DNA of 64,000 nt from an uncultured Clostridia bacterium (GTDB taxonomy: Bacteria > Bacillota > Clostridia > TANB77 > CAG-508). Both the position numbers and the translations under genes were made by a program. Position 1 is the stretch's first letter. Each line of letters opens with the position of its first letter. Below are positions 1 to 9,680 of the stretch, piece after piece. A model generated the notes under the pieces. That model did not search any database and was not told the origin of the DNA. It saw only the letters and a program-made list of their open reading frames with translations. The stretch is taken from NCBI GenBank assembly GCA_963558405.1, contig CAUWGC010000001.1:64001-128000 (forward strand), read 5' to 3'.

Positions 1-408
1 TCTGGACACGCTGACCAAGAATGGCTTCTTAATTTTGTATATTCTTTTATAACAAAACCAAAACATATATTTTTAGTACATGGAGAGCCAGAAGCTCAAG
101 AAGTATTAAAACAAAAAATAGAAGAAGAAACTAAAATACCAGTAGAAATTCCAAGTTTTGGTGAAACATATAAGATAGAAGATTTACAAGTAGAAGTTAT
201 TAATAAATTAGAGTTACCAAATAAAGAAATAGAAGGTAAACAAATTGCTTTAGAAAAACTTCGTAAAATAAAAGAAGAAGTTTTAGATATGGAAGAAATT
301 ATAAAAGAAGAAATTTTAACAAAAGATGCAAAAGATGAAGATGTTAAGGTTTTAAATCTAAGATTAAAAGAATTAGAAAATCAAATTGTTAGAATTATTC
401 AAAACTAA
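1..408 (+). CDS. C-terminal part of an MBL-fold/beta-CASP ribonuclease (5' truncated by the window)
   Basis: Frame 1 reads SGHADQEWLL...IFLVHGEPEAQ, the SGHAD and VHGE motifs of the RNA-specificity domain; stop TAA at 406-408. Confidence 0.85.
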   Translation, partial: SGHADQEWLLNFVYSFITKPKHIFLVHGEPEAQEVLKQKIEEETKIPVEIPSFGETYKIEDLQVEVINKLELPNKEIEGKQIALEKLRKIKEEVLDMEEIIKEEILTKDAKDEDVKVLNLRLKELENQIVRIIQN

Positions 409-429
409 TAAAGAATAGAGGGAAAACAA

Positions 430-2343
430 ATGAATACAGAAAATAAAAAATTTATGAATGATGCTGTAATAGGAAATAAAAATTTAGTTGCAAGTTATAG
501 TAAAGAAGGAGAATTATTAAGATTTTTTTATCCAAATGTAGATTACAAACAATTTATAGACTTCTTTCATACTGGAGTAAAAATAAATGATTCTAATATA
601 ATTTATTTACATGATGATATTAATAATGTTTATGAACAATATTATACAGAAAATTCTAACATTTTAAATACAAACATATATAATACTTATTTTAATATAA
701 AAATAATGCAAACTGACTTCTTTTGCATAGATAAAAATATATTAGTAAAAAGATATAGCTTTGTAAACGAGAATTCTATAGATTTAGATGTTCACTTTTT
801 AATACATTCTTCACTTGTAACTAATATTAATAATATGGTTAGCTGTGTAGTAATGGACGATGTTATGATACAATATAACCATGAAAATACCTTTAGTATA
901 TTTTCAAAAAATGATATAGAATCACATCGTATAAATGATTCAAAAACGCAAATTAATACTGGAGTGATTTCAGACAAGGACTATATAGGAATGGCATCAG
1001 ACAGTAGCATAAGCTATTCTATAGGAGTAATACATCCGAGAGAAAAAAAATCTATAGATATATTTATAAAAGTAGATAATAATAAAGATAAATCAAGTTT
1101 AAGTGAACTAGAATTAGAATTAAGTAGATTAAGAAAATTAGATACAGAAAAAGAATATAATAAAACAAGAAAATACTGGCAAAAATATTTAACAGATCAT
1201 AATACAATACCATTAAAAAACATAGAAAGTAATTTTGATAAAAAAGTAGAAGAAATTTATAAAAGATCTATTTTATTATTTCCGTTATTAATAAATCATG
1301 AAACAGGAGGAATTTCTGCTGGAATAGAAGTAGATGAAAACAGAATCCATTCTGGTAGATATTCATATTGTTGGCCAAGAGACGCAGTATTTATAACAAA
1401 TGCATTTGATATATTAGGAATGTATAATGAAACAAATAAATTTTATAAAAATTTCTGTAAAATGACTCAACATCGCAGTGGAATATGGGAACAAAGATAT
1501 TACACAGATGGGCACTTAGCACCTTGTTGGGGATATCAAATAGATGAAACAGCAAGTGTAATTTATGGAGTATATGGACATTATAAATATACAAAAGATA
1601 AACAATTTTTAAAAGATTGTTTAAAAATGTGTGAAAATGCAATGAAATTTTTAAAAAAATATGTAGATAATTTATTTACCCCAGATCCAGCAATGCCACA
1701 AAGCTATGATTTATGGGAAATGCATGAAGGAATTCATACATATTCTATTGCAAGTATATTTGCATGTTTTGAAAGAATGATAAAAATATATGAAGAAGTA
1801 AAAGAGCTATATGCAGGAAATCGTTTAAAAGAACAATTTATTATAGAAGAAACAGAAAATATTAGAAAATATTTAGTTAAAATAAAGAAATATATATTAG
1901 AAAATTTTTATGATGAAGAAAAAAAATGTTTTGTAAGAGGAAAAGAAGATAAAACAGTTGATATTAGTGTAATGGGACTTATAGCACCTTTTAAAATATT
2001 TAGTCCAAAAGAAAAGAAAATACTAAATACAGTAGAAAAAATCAATTTAACATTAAGAACATATACAGGAGGATATTTACGTTTTGAAAAAGATAGTTAT
2101 ATGGGAGGATATAATCCTTGGGTTGTATCAACACTATGGATGGCACTATACTATATTCAAAACGAAGAATGGAAAAAGGCAAGAGAATGTTTTAAATTTG
2201 TTGTAGATACAATGGCAGAACATGGATTCTTAGGTGAACAAGTAGATAATAACACAAAAACAGCAAGCTGGGTAATAGGACTTGGTTGGTCACATGCAAT
2301 GTTTATTGTAGTATTAGATGCATTAGCAAAACACGGCAATTAA
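430..2343 (+). CDS. Glycoside hydrolase family 15 (glucoamylase-like)
   Basis: Motifs YSYCWPRD, QIDETAS, DLWE and LGEQ...LGWSHA; RBS GAGGG upstream. Confidence 0.9.
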   Translation: MNTENKKFMNDAVIGNKNLVASYSKEGELLRFFYPNVDYKQFIDFFHTGVKINDSNIIYLHDDINNVYEQYYTENSNILNTNIYNTYFNIKIMQTDFFCIDKNILVKRYSFVNENSIDLDVHFLIHSSLVTNINNMVSCVVMDDVMIQYNHENTFSIFSKNDIESHRINDSKTQINTGVISDKDYIGMASDSSISYSIGVIHPREKKSIDIFIKVDNNKDKSSLSELELELSRLRKLDTEKEYNKTRKYWQKYLTDHNTIPLKNIESNFDKKVEEIYKRSILLFPLLINHETGGISAGIEVDENRIHSGRYSYCWPRDAVFITNAFDILGMYNETNKFYKNFCKMTQHRSGIWEQRYYTDGHLAPCWGYQIDETASVIYGVYGHYKYTKDKQFLKDCLKMCENAMKFLKKYVDNLFTPDPAMPQSYDLWEMHEGIHTYSIASIFACFERMIKIYEEVKELYAGNRLKEQFIIEETENIRKYLVKIKKYILENFYDEEKKCFVRGKEDKTVDISVMGLIAPFKIFSPKEKKILNTVEKINLTLRTYTGGYLRFEKDSYMGGYNPWVVSTLWMALYYIQNEEWKKARECFKFVVDTMAEHGFLGEQVDNNTKTASWVIGLGWSHAMFIVVLDALAKHGN

Positions 2344-2350
2344 AATTAAA

Positions 2351-2382
2351 AAGTGTCAAAAGGGACGTACCTTTTGACACTT
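2351..2382. repeat. Perfect 13-bp-arm inverted repeat (terminator or REP-like palindrome)
   Basis: AAGTGTCAAAAGG-GACGTA-CCTTTTGACACTT directly after the GH15 stop. Confidence 0.7.
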
Positions 2383-2410
2383 GACAGAAAAAAATGAATT
2401 ATGCTAGAAT
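2381..2410 (+). promoter_or_regulatory. SigA-type promoter of the pilin-like operon leader
   Basis: TTGACA (2381-2386), 18-nt spacer ending TGC, TAGAAT (2405-2410; extended -10). Confidence 0.6.
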
Positions 2411-2538
2411 AATGAAAAGAATAGCTAAAGCAACAAACAAAGGAGGAAATCGCTGTGGCTGTAGAGAGATAGAGAGCAATAGTTTAAGAAATGAGATAAA
2501 AGTAGAAGCACAGTGCAATTGTGCTTGTTTGAGATATA

Positions 2539-2574
2539 AAGATGGACTACGTTATTTTGTAGTCTGTCTTTTTT
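2539..2574 (+). terminator. Intrinsic terminator inside the 5' leader (possible attenuator)
   Basis: AAGATGGACTAC pairs with GTAGTCTGTCTT (12 bp, 2 G-U), followed by a T run; lies 150 nt upstream of the pilin start. Confidence 0.65.
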
Positions 2575-2724
2575 GCACATTTTTAGTGCATGATACAAGT
2601 TAGCGTAAAATCAGGATATTAATTTTGAAAAAGAACTGTAGTTTATTCAAAAATGAAGAGGAATAGAAAAAAATATAAAGACAAAGTAAATAATAAAACA
2701 AAGTAAAAGAATGGAGGAAAGTAA

Positions 2725-3325
2725 ATGAATAAGGTAAAAGAAGAAAAAGGAATAACTTTAGTTGCATTAGTAATAACAGTAATAGTTCTGATTATATTAG
2801 CTGGTGTAACAATTGATTCTTTATTAGGGGAACATGGCATAATAACTAAAGCAAAAGAAGCTAGTCGAAATATGGTAGATGCATCAAGAAGAGAAGAGGA
2901 GTTGATGGATAATTTACTTAATGAACTATTAAAAGTAGAAAATGGAGAAGATATTACTAACCCAGATAAAGCAGACTATTGTAATCTAAAAATCAATATG
3001 CAACTAGAATCATATAATACGACACTAGGAGAATTTCCTATTATTTTTCAAGTAACTGCTACTTCTAATCAAGAAATTATATACAATGATACAGTGGAAA
3101 TGCAAATGGATGAAACAGGTAAAAAAACTATAGAATTAGAAAAGGTGGGACCAGAAGGTAGTAATGTAAATGTAAAAGTAGTATATGCTGGAATTAACTA
3201 TAATTTAACAACATCAAAAGATACTAGTGTTACTCTTAGTAAATCTACAACAGCAGAAGTGAATTATAAAGAAAGATACAGCCGGAGGTCTTTTTGATAC
3301 TGACTTTGTTAAAATGAAATTTTAA
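2725..3325 (+). CDS. Type IV pilin-like protein (class III signal peptide); ends at 3297 in frame 0, or at 3325 after a +1 shift at CGG 3283
   Basis: N-terminus KEEKG|ITLVALVITVIVLIILAGVTI; RBS GGAGG; the +1 frame continues GGLFDTDFVKMKF* up to the next RBS. Confidence 0.75.
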
Positions 3326-3342
3326 AAGTAAAAGGAGTAAAT

Positions 3343-3825
3343 ATGGATATAAAAATAAATAACAAAACTAAATTAGTTTTAATAATAATTGTAACAATCT
3401 TTACTTTATTGTTTATGATAAAAATTGTTTATGCTTATTTTACTGATTTAGATTCAGCAAAAGGTAGTCAAAATATAATAATAGAAGAAAGTAAGATAAA
3501 ATTAGAAACACAAAAAAAAGGAAATATTTTATGTGTTTCAATAGAAAATATAGGAAAAGAGGAAATTTATGCAAGAATAAAAATAGTAACAACTGCTGAT
3601 GTAAGACTAGTAGGAAATAATATGGAAAAAAAGGAAGATGGATATTATTATTACAATAATCCAATATTAGCAGGAGAAAAAGTAGAAAATATATTATTTG
3701 AAATAGATTCAAAATCAAGTATAACAAATGATTTTAATGTAATCACTGTTGCAGAAGGAACAACAGCATTATATGATGAAAACGGGATGCTATATGCAGA
3801 CTGGACAATAAATTCAGAAGAGTAA
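3343..3825 (+). CDS. Secreted protein with SipW-type signal peptide (TasA/BsaA-like matrix protein)
   Basis: Hydrophobic N-terminus followed by VYAYFTD; ENIG..EIYARIK and DGYYYYNNPILAGE motifs. Confidence 0.65.
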   Translation: MDIKINNKTKLVLIIIVTIFTLLFMIKIVYAYFTDLDSAKGSQNIIIEESKIKLETQKKGNILCVSIENIGKEEIYARIKIVTTADVRLVGNNMEKKEDGYYYYNNPILAGEKVENILFEIDSKSSITNDFNVITVAEGTTALYDENGMLYADWTINSEE

Positions 3826-3838
3826 AAAGGAGGCAAAA

Positions 3839-4480
3839 ATGCAAAAAAAAGTTATATTTGGAATTACAGTATTTTTAATAATGGTACTTATAATAAAAAG
3901 CAATATAAACATGGCATCAACGGGAAGTATAAATATTGAATTGATAGAAAATAATCAAAGTATATCTGGAGAATTATTTAATAAATTAATAATAGATGGT
4001 GAAAATATCAAAATAGGAAAAAAATATAATGAACAATTAAGTGTTAAAAATAATAGTGATGATGCATATATAAAAGTTGTGATAACAAAAAAATGGAAAG
4101 ATAATGCAGAGCTAAATCCTCATATGATAAAATTAGAAATGGATAAAACAGGTGCATGGATTATAGATGAAAATGCTTGTACTCCTAATAAGACAGTAAT
4201 GTATTATTCAAAATGTTTAAAAAATAATGAAATAACTCCAAATTTTATAGATAGTATAAAAATAGATAATAAAATACTAAGTGAAACCGAAACAAAAACA
4301 ACCGTAGGAACTAATGGATGTCAAAATATAGAAACATCATATGCATATGATAATGTTAATTTTGAGCTAGAAGCAGAAGCACAGGCAATTCAGAGCCACA
4401 ATGCGGTAAATGCTGCTAAGGAAGCATGGGGAGTGGATATAAAAATAAATCAAGATGGAAGTTTAGCTCTAGTACAGTAA
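3839..4480 (+). CDS. Secreted BsaA/camelysin-like protein
   Basis: Signal peptide; SVKNN..AYIKV motif; C-terminal EAEAQAIQ...AW pattern typical of SipW-dependent families; RBS GGAGG. Confidence 0.55.
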   Translation: MQKKVIFGITVFLIMVLIIKSNINMASTGSINIELIENNQSISGELFNKLIIDGENIKIGKKYNEQLSVKNNSDDAYIKVVITKKWKDNAELNPHMIKLEMDKTGAWIIDENACTPNKTVMYYSKCLKNNEITPNFIDSIKIDNKILSETETKTTVGTNGCQNIETSYAYDNVNFELEAEAQAIQSHNAVNAAKEAWGVDIKINQDGSLALVQ

Positions 4481-4516
4481 AATATATTAAAAATTTTCAA
4501 AATAAAAATAAAGAAA

Positions 4517-4563
4517 TATAAAAAAACATCGTAAATTTGATAAAATTTACGATGTTTTTTATA
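4517..4563 (+). terminator. Rho-independent terminator
   Basis: AAAAAACATCGTAAATTT-GATA-AAATTTACGATGTTTTTT. Confidence 0.8.
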
Positions 4564-4609
4564 TAAAATATAGAAAAGAGCATGGGAAATTGCCTTTTTT
4601 AATTTTATG

Positions 4610-4638
4610 TTTACAAATTACATTTTTTGTAATATAAT
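4610..4638 (+). promoter_or_regulatory. SigA-type promoter of the sortase locus
   Basis: TTTACA-17 nt-TATAAT. Confidence 0.55.
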
Positions 4639-4721
4639 GTTACATGTAAAAATTCAATTTTTTGTATTAATGAAACACAAAAAATGGTGTTATTCAACTA
4701 TAATTTAATAGGGGGGATACT

Positions 4722-5727
4722 ATGAAAAAGCTTTTTAAGGAAATTAGTATAATAACATTTATAGTAATAATGATGATTACTTTATTACAATTTCCTGTAA
4801 ATGCAACAAATGATGAGTTAGAGATTATTAAAACATCAGACGAATATTTGCTTTATGTTTCAACAATTATGGAAAAAGAATTTGAGTTTATGTATACAAA
4901 GGATGAAAATTTAAAAGTATCAGCATTAGATTTTTCAACTGCAATTAAATCAGTTAAAGACACAGAAGGAAATAATGTAGCATATATTGATAGCTCATTA
5001 GAAAACATGTATTTAAAAAATAAAAATCGGAGATACAGAAAATGCATACATGTGGATTAAACAAGGAACAAAAATTAGTGGTCCAATTTTAGTTAATTTA
5101 AATACATCTATTACTCAAGAAATAATAGAACATGTAAGTAAAACTACTACTAGAATTCCAGTTACAATTGGTCAAGAAGAGAGAGAACCAGTAATAGATG
5201 AAAACAGAACAATTACTACAACAGTTGGCTATTTACAAATTGAGACACAAGAAGGATGTACATATGAATATCAATTGGTTAAATTACCAAATGAAAATTA
5301 TACAAGATTTGTAGAACTTGCAAAAGAAATTTCAAGCTTTACTAAAGATAGCAATTCTTATAGAAATATATCAAAAATCAATGAATTCTATAATCTATAT
5401 AATGATTTAATTCCTGAAAAATGGAATAAAGTAGATAATAGAATTGAACAACCTGAAGATGCTAAAAATGGTGATGAATATGTTGTTTGGATTAGAAGTA
5501 CAAATTCAAATGGTGAAAAAGTAGTAGATGTTCAATTTATGACAAGCGTAAGAGAAGAAAAAGAAAAAACTTCCGTAGAAACAGTTAAAGAAGAAGTAAC
5601 TAAAACAACAAAATTACCAGTAACTTTTGATAGTAACATAATACTAATAATTGTATTGGCAGTAATAATTGTAGCAATTATAGTTCTTTTTATAGTAAAA
5701 AAGAAATTAGACAATAAAAATAAGTAA
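4722..5727 (+). CDS. Cell-wall-anchored sortase substrate (LPVTF signal), split by a +1 frameshift at CGG 5028-5030; about 334 aa when joined
   Basis: ORF 4722-5060 has the signal peptide; ORF 5050-5727 has LPVTF, a TM helix and a basic tail; removing C5028 gives KNKN-GDTENAY-MWIK. Confidence 0.8.
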
Positions 5728-5755
5728 AGTTTTATAAACTAATAGTCAGGTATAT

Positions 5756-6340
5756 ATGAAAAAGTTTATTAATATTTTTATAATTTTATTAGTATTAGCT
5801 GCAATTATAGTTTTTGGAGTTATTATCTACAGATATTCACAATATCAAGCAAACAGTAATGCTGCAGTAGAGGTAGTGGCTCAAATAGAGAAAAAATTTG
5901 GAGAAGTATCAGAAACAAATCAGAAGGTTGAAATAGAATATAAAGGATACAAAGTAATTGGTATAATAGAAATACCAAAAATAAATATAAAATATCCTAT
6001 ATTAAATAAAACTAATGATGATGCTATGAAATATTCAATTACAAAGTTTTCTGGAGGAGAGGTTAATTCAGTTGGAAATTTTGTGGTTGCGGGTCATAAT
6101 TATTTAGATGGTTCTTTTTTGGGAAAAGTTAAACAATTAGAAATAGGGGATAAAATAAAACTTACAGATTTATATAATAATACAGTAGAATATGAGATAT
6201 TTGATATTTATTCTGTAAATCCAAATGATACAAGTATTTTAAAAAGTGTAGACGTAAATTTACGAGAAGTTACACTAATAACTTGTACAAAAGGCCGTGT
6301 AGAAAGACTTATAATTAAGGCTAGAGAAGTAAAAAGTTAA
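5756..6340 (+). CDS. Sortase (class D-like)
   Basis: N-terminal TM; IGIIEIPKI, AGHN and TLITC...R catalytic motifs. Confidence 0.92.
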   Translation: MKKFINIFIILLVLAAIIVFGVIIYRYSQYQANSNAAVEVVAQIEKKFGEVSETNQKVEIEYKGYKVIGIIEIPKINIKYPILNKTNDDAMKYSITKFSGGEVNSVGNFVVAGHNYLDGSFLGKVKQLEIGDKIKLTDLYNNTVEYEIFDIYSVNPNDTSILKSVDVNLREVTLITCTKGRVERLIIKAREVKS

Positions 6341-6428
6341 ATAATTTATAATGATGTAAAATAAGAATAGCAAAAGTAATAATAACAATTAAGTATTATT
6401 GAATATTAATTTTTAGGGGGGAAAATTA

Positions 6429-9400
6429 ATGAAAGCTAAAATGAGCTATAAGAGTAAGAGAATAGCCATTATTACAGCAGTAATTGTATTATCGATTGTA
6501 GCAATTTCTACTGGTGTATATTTCTTCATTAAAGGTAATGATGATATACAAGCTACATATACAGGAAATGAACAAAATATAGCAAGTACAAATAATGGCA
6601 AAAATGAAACAGGCGAAAATGGTGTAGTAGAAAATTCAGAAGAACAAAATCAAAATGAGGAGGATTCTAAAGAACCTATTAATGTAGATGAAAACACAGG
6701 TAACAATACAACATCAGGAACTACAACAAACGGAAATAATGATTTGGAAACAAACAATGGTCAAGATGATAATGAAGAAAATATTCCAAATGAAGAGTAT
6801 ACACAAGTAGATATAATAGAAACACAAGTTGAAAAAGTAGAACAAGAAGTAGAAGTTGGATGGACAAACATATCATTAGCAAATGCTCAAATGTTTACCA
6901 ATATTACAACAAATAAACCAGATTTATCAATTAACAAAACAGCTACAGTAGTAAATTCATTAAATGAAGCTGATAATGCGGTTCAAATAGGAAGCAAAAT
7001 AAGATATGATATTACAGTAACAAACAATAGCTTAAATTTTGATGCTACAGGTATTAAAGTATCAGATATAATTCCAGAAGGAACAAAATTTGATGAAGAA
7101 GCAGGAGCTTCAAATGGTGTGTTACCAAATGAAAGTAGAAGATTAGTGTGGGTAATTGATGTACCTAGAAAAATTTCAGATATAGATACAAAAAATACTG
7201 TTAAACTTTCTTTCACAGTAGAAGTAGTAGATACAGAAATTGGAGAAGAGACAGTAAATGAAATACGTAATATAGCTGTTGTAAATGGTAAAAATACTAA
7301 TGAAACAGTTAACCCAATCATAGAAACAGAAAAGACAATATTAAATGCACCAGAAGTATTACAAGAAGGTTCAATAATTGAATATGGAATAATAGTTAAT
7401 AATAAGAGCACTGAAGTTGCTAAAACAACTATTAGAGATTCTGTACCAGAGGGAACAACATTAGTTAGAGACGAAAATAAAAATCCAGCTATATATATTA
7501 ATGGAGTAATAGCAACAGAAAATAGTTATACTATTACAACAGATGAAATTACAGGTAGAGAAGTTATAACATGGAATAATGTAGAAATTAAAGAGGAAGA
7601 GTTTGTAGTATCTTTTAAAGTTACAGTAGATGCATTTGAAGGAGATTCTAAAACTATATCTAATATAGCAATTGTTGGAGATAAACCAACAGATGAAGTT
7701 GAAGAAAAAGCACACAATTTTTATTATAAAGTAGAATACTACAAAGATAGTATAAAACCAGAAAATAAATTATTTGAAACTAAACTTGTAAAAGAACTAT
7801 TTGGAACAAATATAACAGATAAAATAGTAGCAGAAGATTTTGGAAAAGATTGGATAAATGCAAAAAGACCACAAGAATATAACGAAGGAACTGTACAAGA
7901 TTCAAATGGAAATGTAGAAGGATATATAACAATAAATACAGAAAATAATGTAATCAAAGTGTTATATGTAAAAGAGGAAGTAAAAGAATTAGATTTAACA
8001 ATAATACCAACTACAACAGAAACAGTACCTCAAAGAGCTGTATTAGTATTAGATTTTTCAAGTAGCATGAAGGGAGATAGAATACAACAATTAAAAAGTG
8101 CAGTAAATCTTTTCTTAAAAGAATTTCTAAAACCGGATAAAAATGGAAAAGGAACTACTGGTAACGAAGTAATAATTATTGAATATGATGGTAAACTTAG
8201 AAGAAATCCTATAGGTCCTTCATCTAATATGAATGTTTTAGATATTTCAAAACACGAAAATGGAAGAGGAACCAACATCGATTTAGGTTTAACCGTAGCA
8301 TATAAGTATATAAATGATAATATAAGTACATCTGTAATTTTAATGTCAGATGGTGAACCATATGATTATGTTGATGAAAATGGAAACCTAAAAAATGATT
8401 CTATTGAGAGAGCAAAGGAAGAGGCGAAGGCTTCAGCAAAAAAAATAAAAGATGCTGGAATTAAACTCTTTACTATAGGCTTTAAAATGAATGATGGTGA
8501 AGAATTAATGCAAGAAATGGCTACTTCACGTGATGTATGCTATTCAGCAAATGACGGACATAAGTTAGAAGAGGCATTCAAACAAATATCAGCTACAATT
8601 ACTGAAGTAAATGATCAAGCTTCTATTCCATACCAAACTCAAAATGGAATAGCTGAAATAACAAGTGGATTTACAAAAGGACAAAATGTAGAAATATATA
8701 CAAAAACATATGTAGTAAATACAACAAAACCTTATAAGACATATACATGGGAACAATTTATAGGATTAGATTATGTAACATATAATACAGGTAATGGTAA
8801 ACTAACATTTAATTTAAGAGATTATATAAATGATAACGGTATAAGTGAAGATGCTCCTATTGCTATAAGATTTGTATGTGATGGAATTAAGTCAGTAAGT
8901 AAATTTGCAAGTAATGGAATAAAAAGAGAAAGTATAGAGCCTTTACAAACTTTTAACTCAATTCAAGAATCTGACAGTGTAGATGAAAAAATAAAAGAAG
9001 ATATGCCAGAAACAAGTGATAGTATAGATGAAAATGTAAAAGAAAAAGAAGAGTTACAAGAACCAAATAATGTGACAGACAACATTAAAGATATATCTGA
9101 AGAAGAAAAAGAAGAAATACAAGAGCCAAATGATGTGATAGGAAACATTAAAGATACATCTGAAGAGGAAAAAGAAGAAATAGAAAAGCCAAATGATGTG
9201 GCAGACAACATTAAAGATACATCTGAAGAGAAAAAAGAAGAAATACAAAAACCAAATGATGTGTCAGAAATAGAAGATGAAGAACAACAATCAAGCAATA
9301 TTACTGATACATCAGTGAAAGAGCAAGAATCAAGTGAAAATTCTACAGCAGTTAAAGATGAAGAAACAGAAACTGTAAAAAATGCAAAGAATACAGAGAA

Positions 9401-9467
9401 GATAAAAGAAAAAAGAACTTCTTTAACTACTGAAAAAAAAGAAGATATTTCAAATATAAAAAAATAG
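6429..9467 (+). CDS. Large surface adhesin with DUF11/Cna-like domains and a vWA domain
   Basis: N-terminal TM; two I.Y.I.V.N...D.(I/V)PEGT modules; MIDAS-like LDFSSSM...GTN...LMSDGEP; acidic repeat tail. Confidence 0.8.
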   Translation: MKAKMSYKSKRIAIITAVIVLSIVAISTGVYFFIKGNDDIQATYTGNEQNIASTNNGKNETGENGVVENSEEQNQNEEDSKEPINVDENTGNNTTSGTTTNGNNDLETNNGQDDNEENIPNEEYTQVDIIETQVEKVEQEVEVGWTNISLANAQMFTNITTNKPDLSINKTATVVNSLNEADNAVQIGSKIRYDITVTNNSLNFDATGIKVSDIIPEGTKFDEEAGASNGVLPNESRRLVWVIDVPRKISDIDTKNTVKLSFTVEVVDTEIGEETVNEIRNIAVVNGKNTNETVNPIIETEKTILNAPEVLQEGSIIEYGIIVNNKSTEVAKTTIRDSVPEGTTLVRDENKNPAIYINGVIATENSYTITTDEITGREVITWNNVEIKEEEFVVSFKVTVDAFEGDSKTISNIAIVGDKPTDEVEEKAHNFYYKVEYYKDSIKPENKLFETKLVKELFGTNITDKIVAEDFGKDWINAKRPQEYNEGTVQDSNGNVEGYITINTENNVIKVLYVKEEVKELDLTIIPTTTETVPQRAVLVLDFSSSMKGDRIQQLKSAVNLFLKEFLKPDKNGKGTTGNEVIIIEYDGKLRRNPIGPSSNMNVLDISKHENGRGTNIDLGLTVAYKYINDNISTSVILMSDGEPYDYVDENGNLKNDSIERAKEEAKASAKKIKDAGIKLFTIGFKMNDGEELMQEMATSRDVCYSANDGHKLEEAFKQISATITEVNDQASIPYQTQNGIAEITSGFTKGQNVEIYTKTYVVNTTKPYKTYTWEQFIGLDYVTYNTGNGKLTFNLRDYINDNGISEDAPIAIRFVCDGIKSVSKFASNGIKRESIEPLQTFNSIQESDSVDEKIKEDMPETSDSIDENVKEKEELQEPNNVTDNIKDISEEEKEEIQEPNDVIGNIKDTSEEEKEEIEKPNDVADNIKDTSEEKKEEIQKPNDVSEIEDEEQQSSNITDTSVKEQESSENSTAVKDEETETVKNAKNTEKIKEKRTSLTTEKKEDISNIKK
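9042..9263 (+). repeat. About 3.5 intragenic tandem repeats of 63 bp (21 aa)
   Basis: EKEELQEPNNVTDNIKDISEE / EKEEIQEPNDVIGNIKDTSEE / EKEEIEKPNDVADNIKDTSEE / KKEEIQKPNDV. Confidence 0.9.
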
Positions 9468-9478
9468 TTCTATAATCC

Positions 9479-9517
9479 AAAATAGAAAGAGTAAATTAGG
9501 TTACTCTTTCTATTTTT
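9479..9517 (+). terminator. Rho-independent terminator
   Basis: AAAATAGAAAGAGTAA-ATTAGG-TTACTCTTTCTATTTTT. Confidence 0.8.
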
Positions 9518-9618
9518 ACTATAAATATCTATCATAAGTTTAAAAATAATAGATAAAATTTAACTATAGTTAAAAATAATTTAAAATTGATGAACAGTAG
9601 TAAAATTAACATAACTAC

Positions 9619-9646
9619 TTGAATTTATAAAAAAATGTGATATAAT
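9619..9646 (+). promoter_or_regulatory. SigA-type promoter of the polysaccharide-like operon
   Basis: TTGAAT-16 nt-TATAAT with a TG extension. Confidence 0.55.
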
Positions 9647-9680
9647 TATGTAAATATGAGTCGAAAAAAGGAAAATAAAA

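Noticed and set aside
2394-2603. 69-aa ORF from the ORF track
   Set aside because: Its start codons lie within or before the predicted promoter/TSS, it has no RBS, and it runs through a terminator. It is better explained as leader RNA.
4605-4650. Clustered TTACA/TGTAA motifs as a WalR-type operator
   Set aside because: The spacing does not fit the N5 direct repeat, and such words are common in AT-rich DNA.
9042-9263. Tandem repeats as a CRISPR array (also 23137-23280 and 61201-61254)
   Set aside because: All are in-frame coding repeats without unique spacers, and there are no cas genes.
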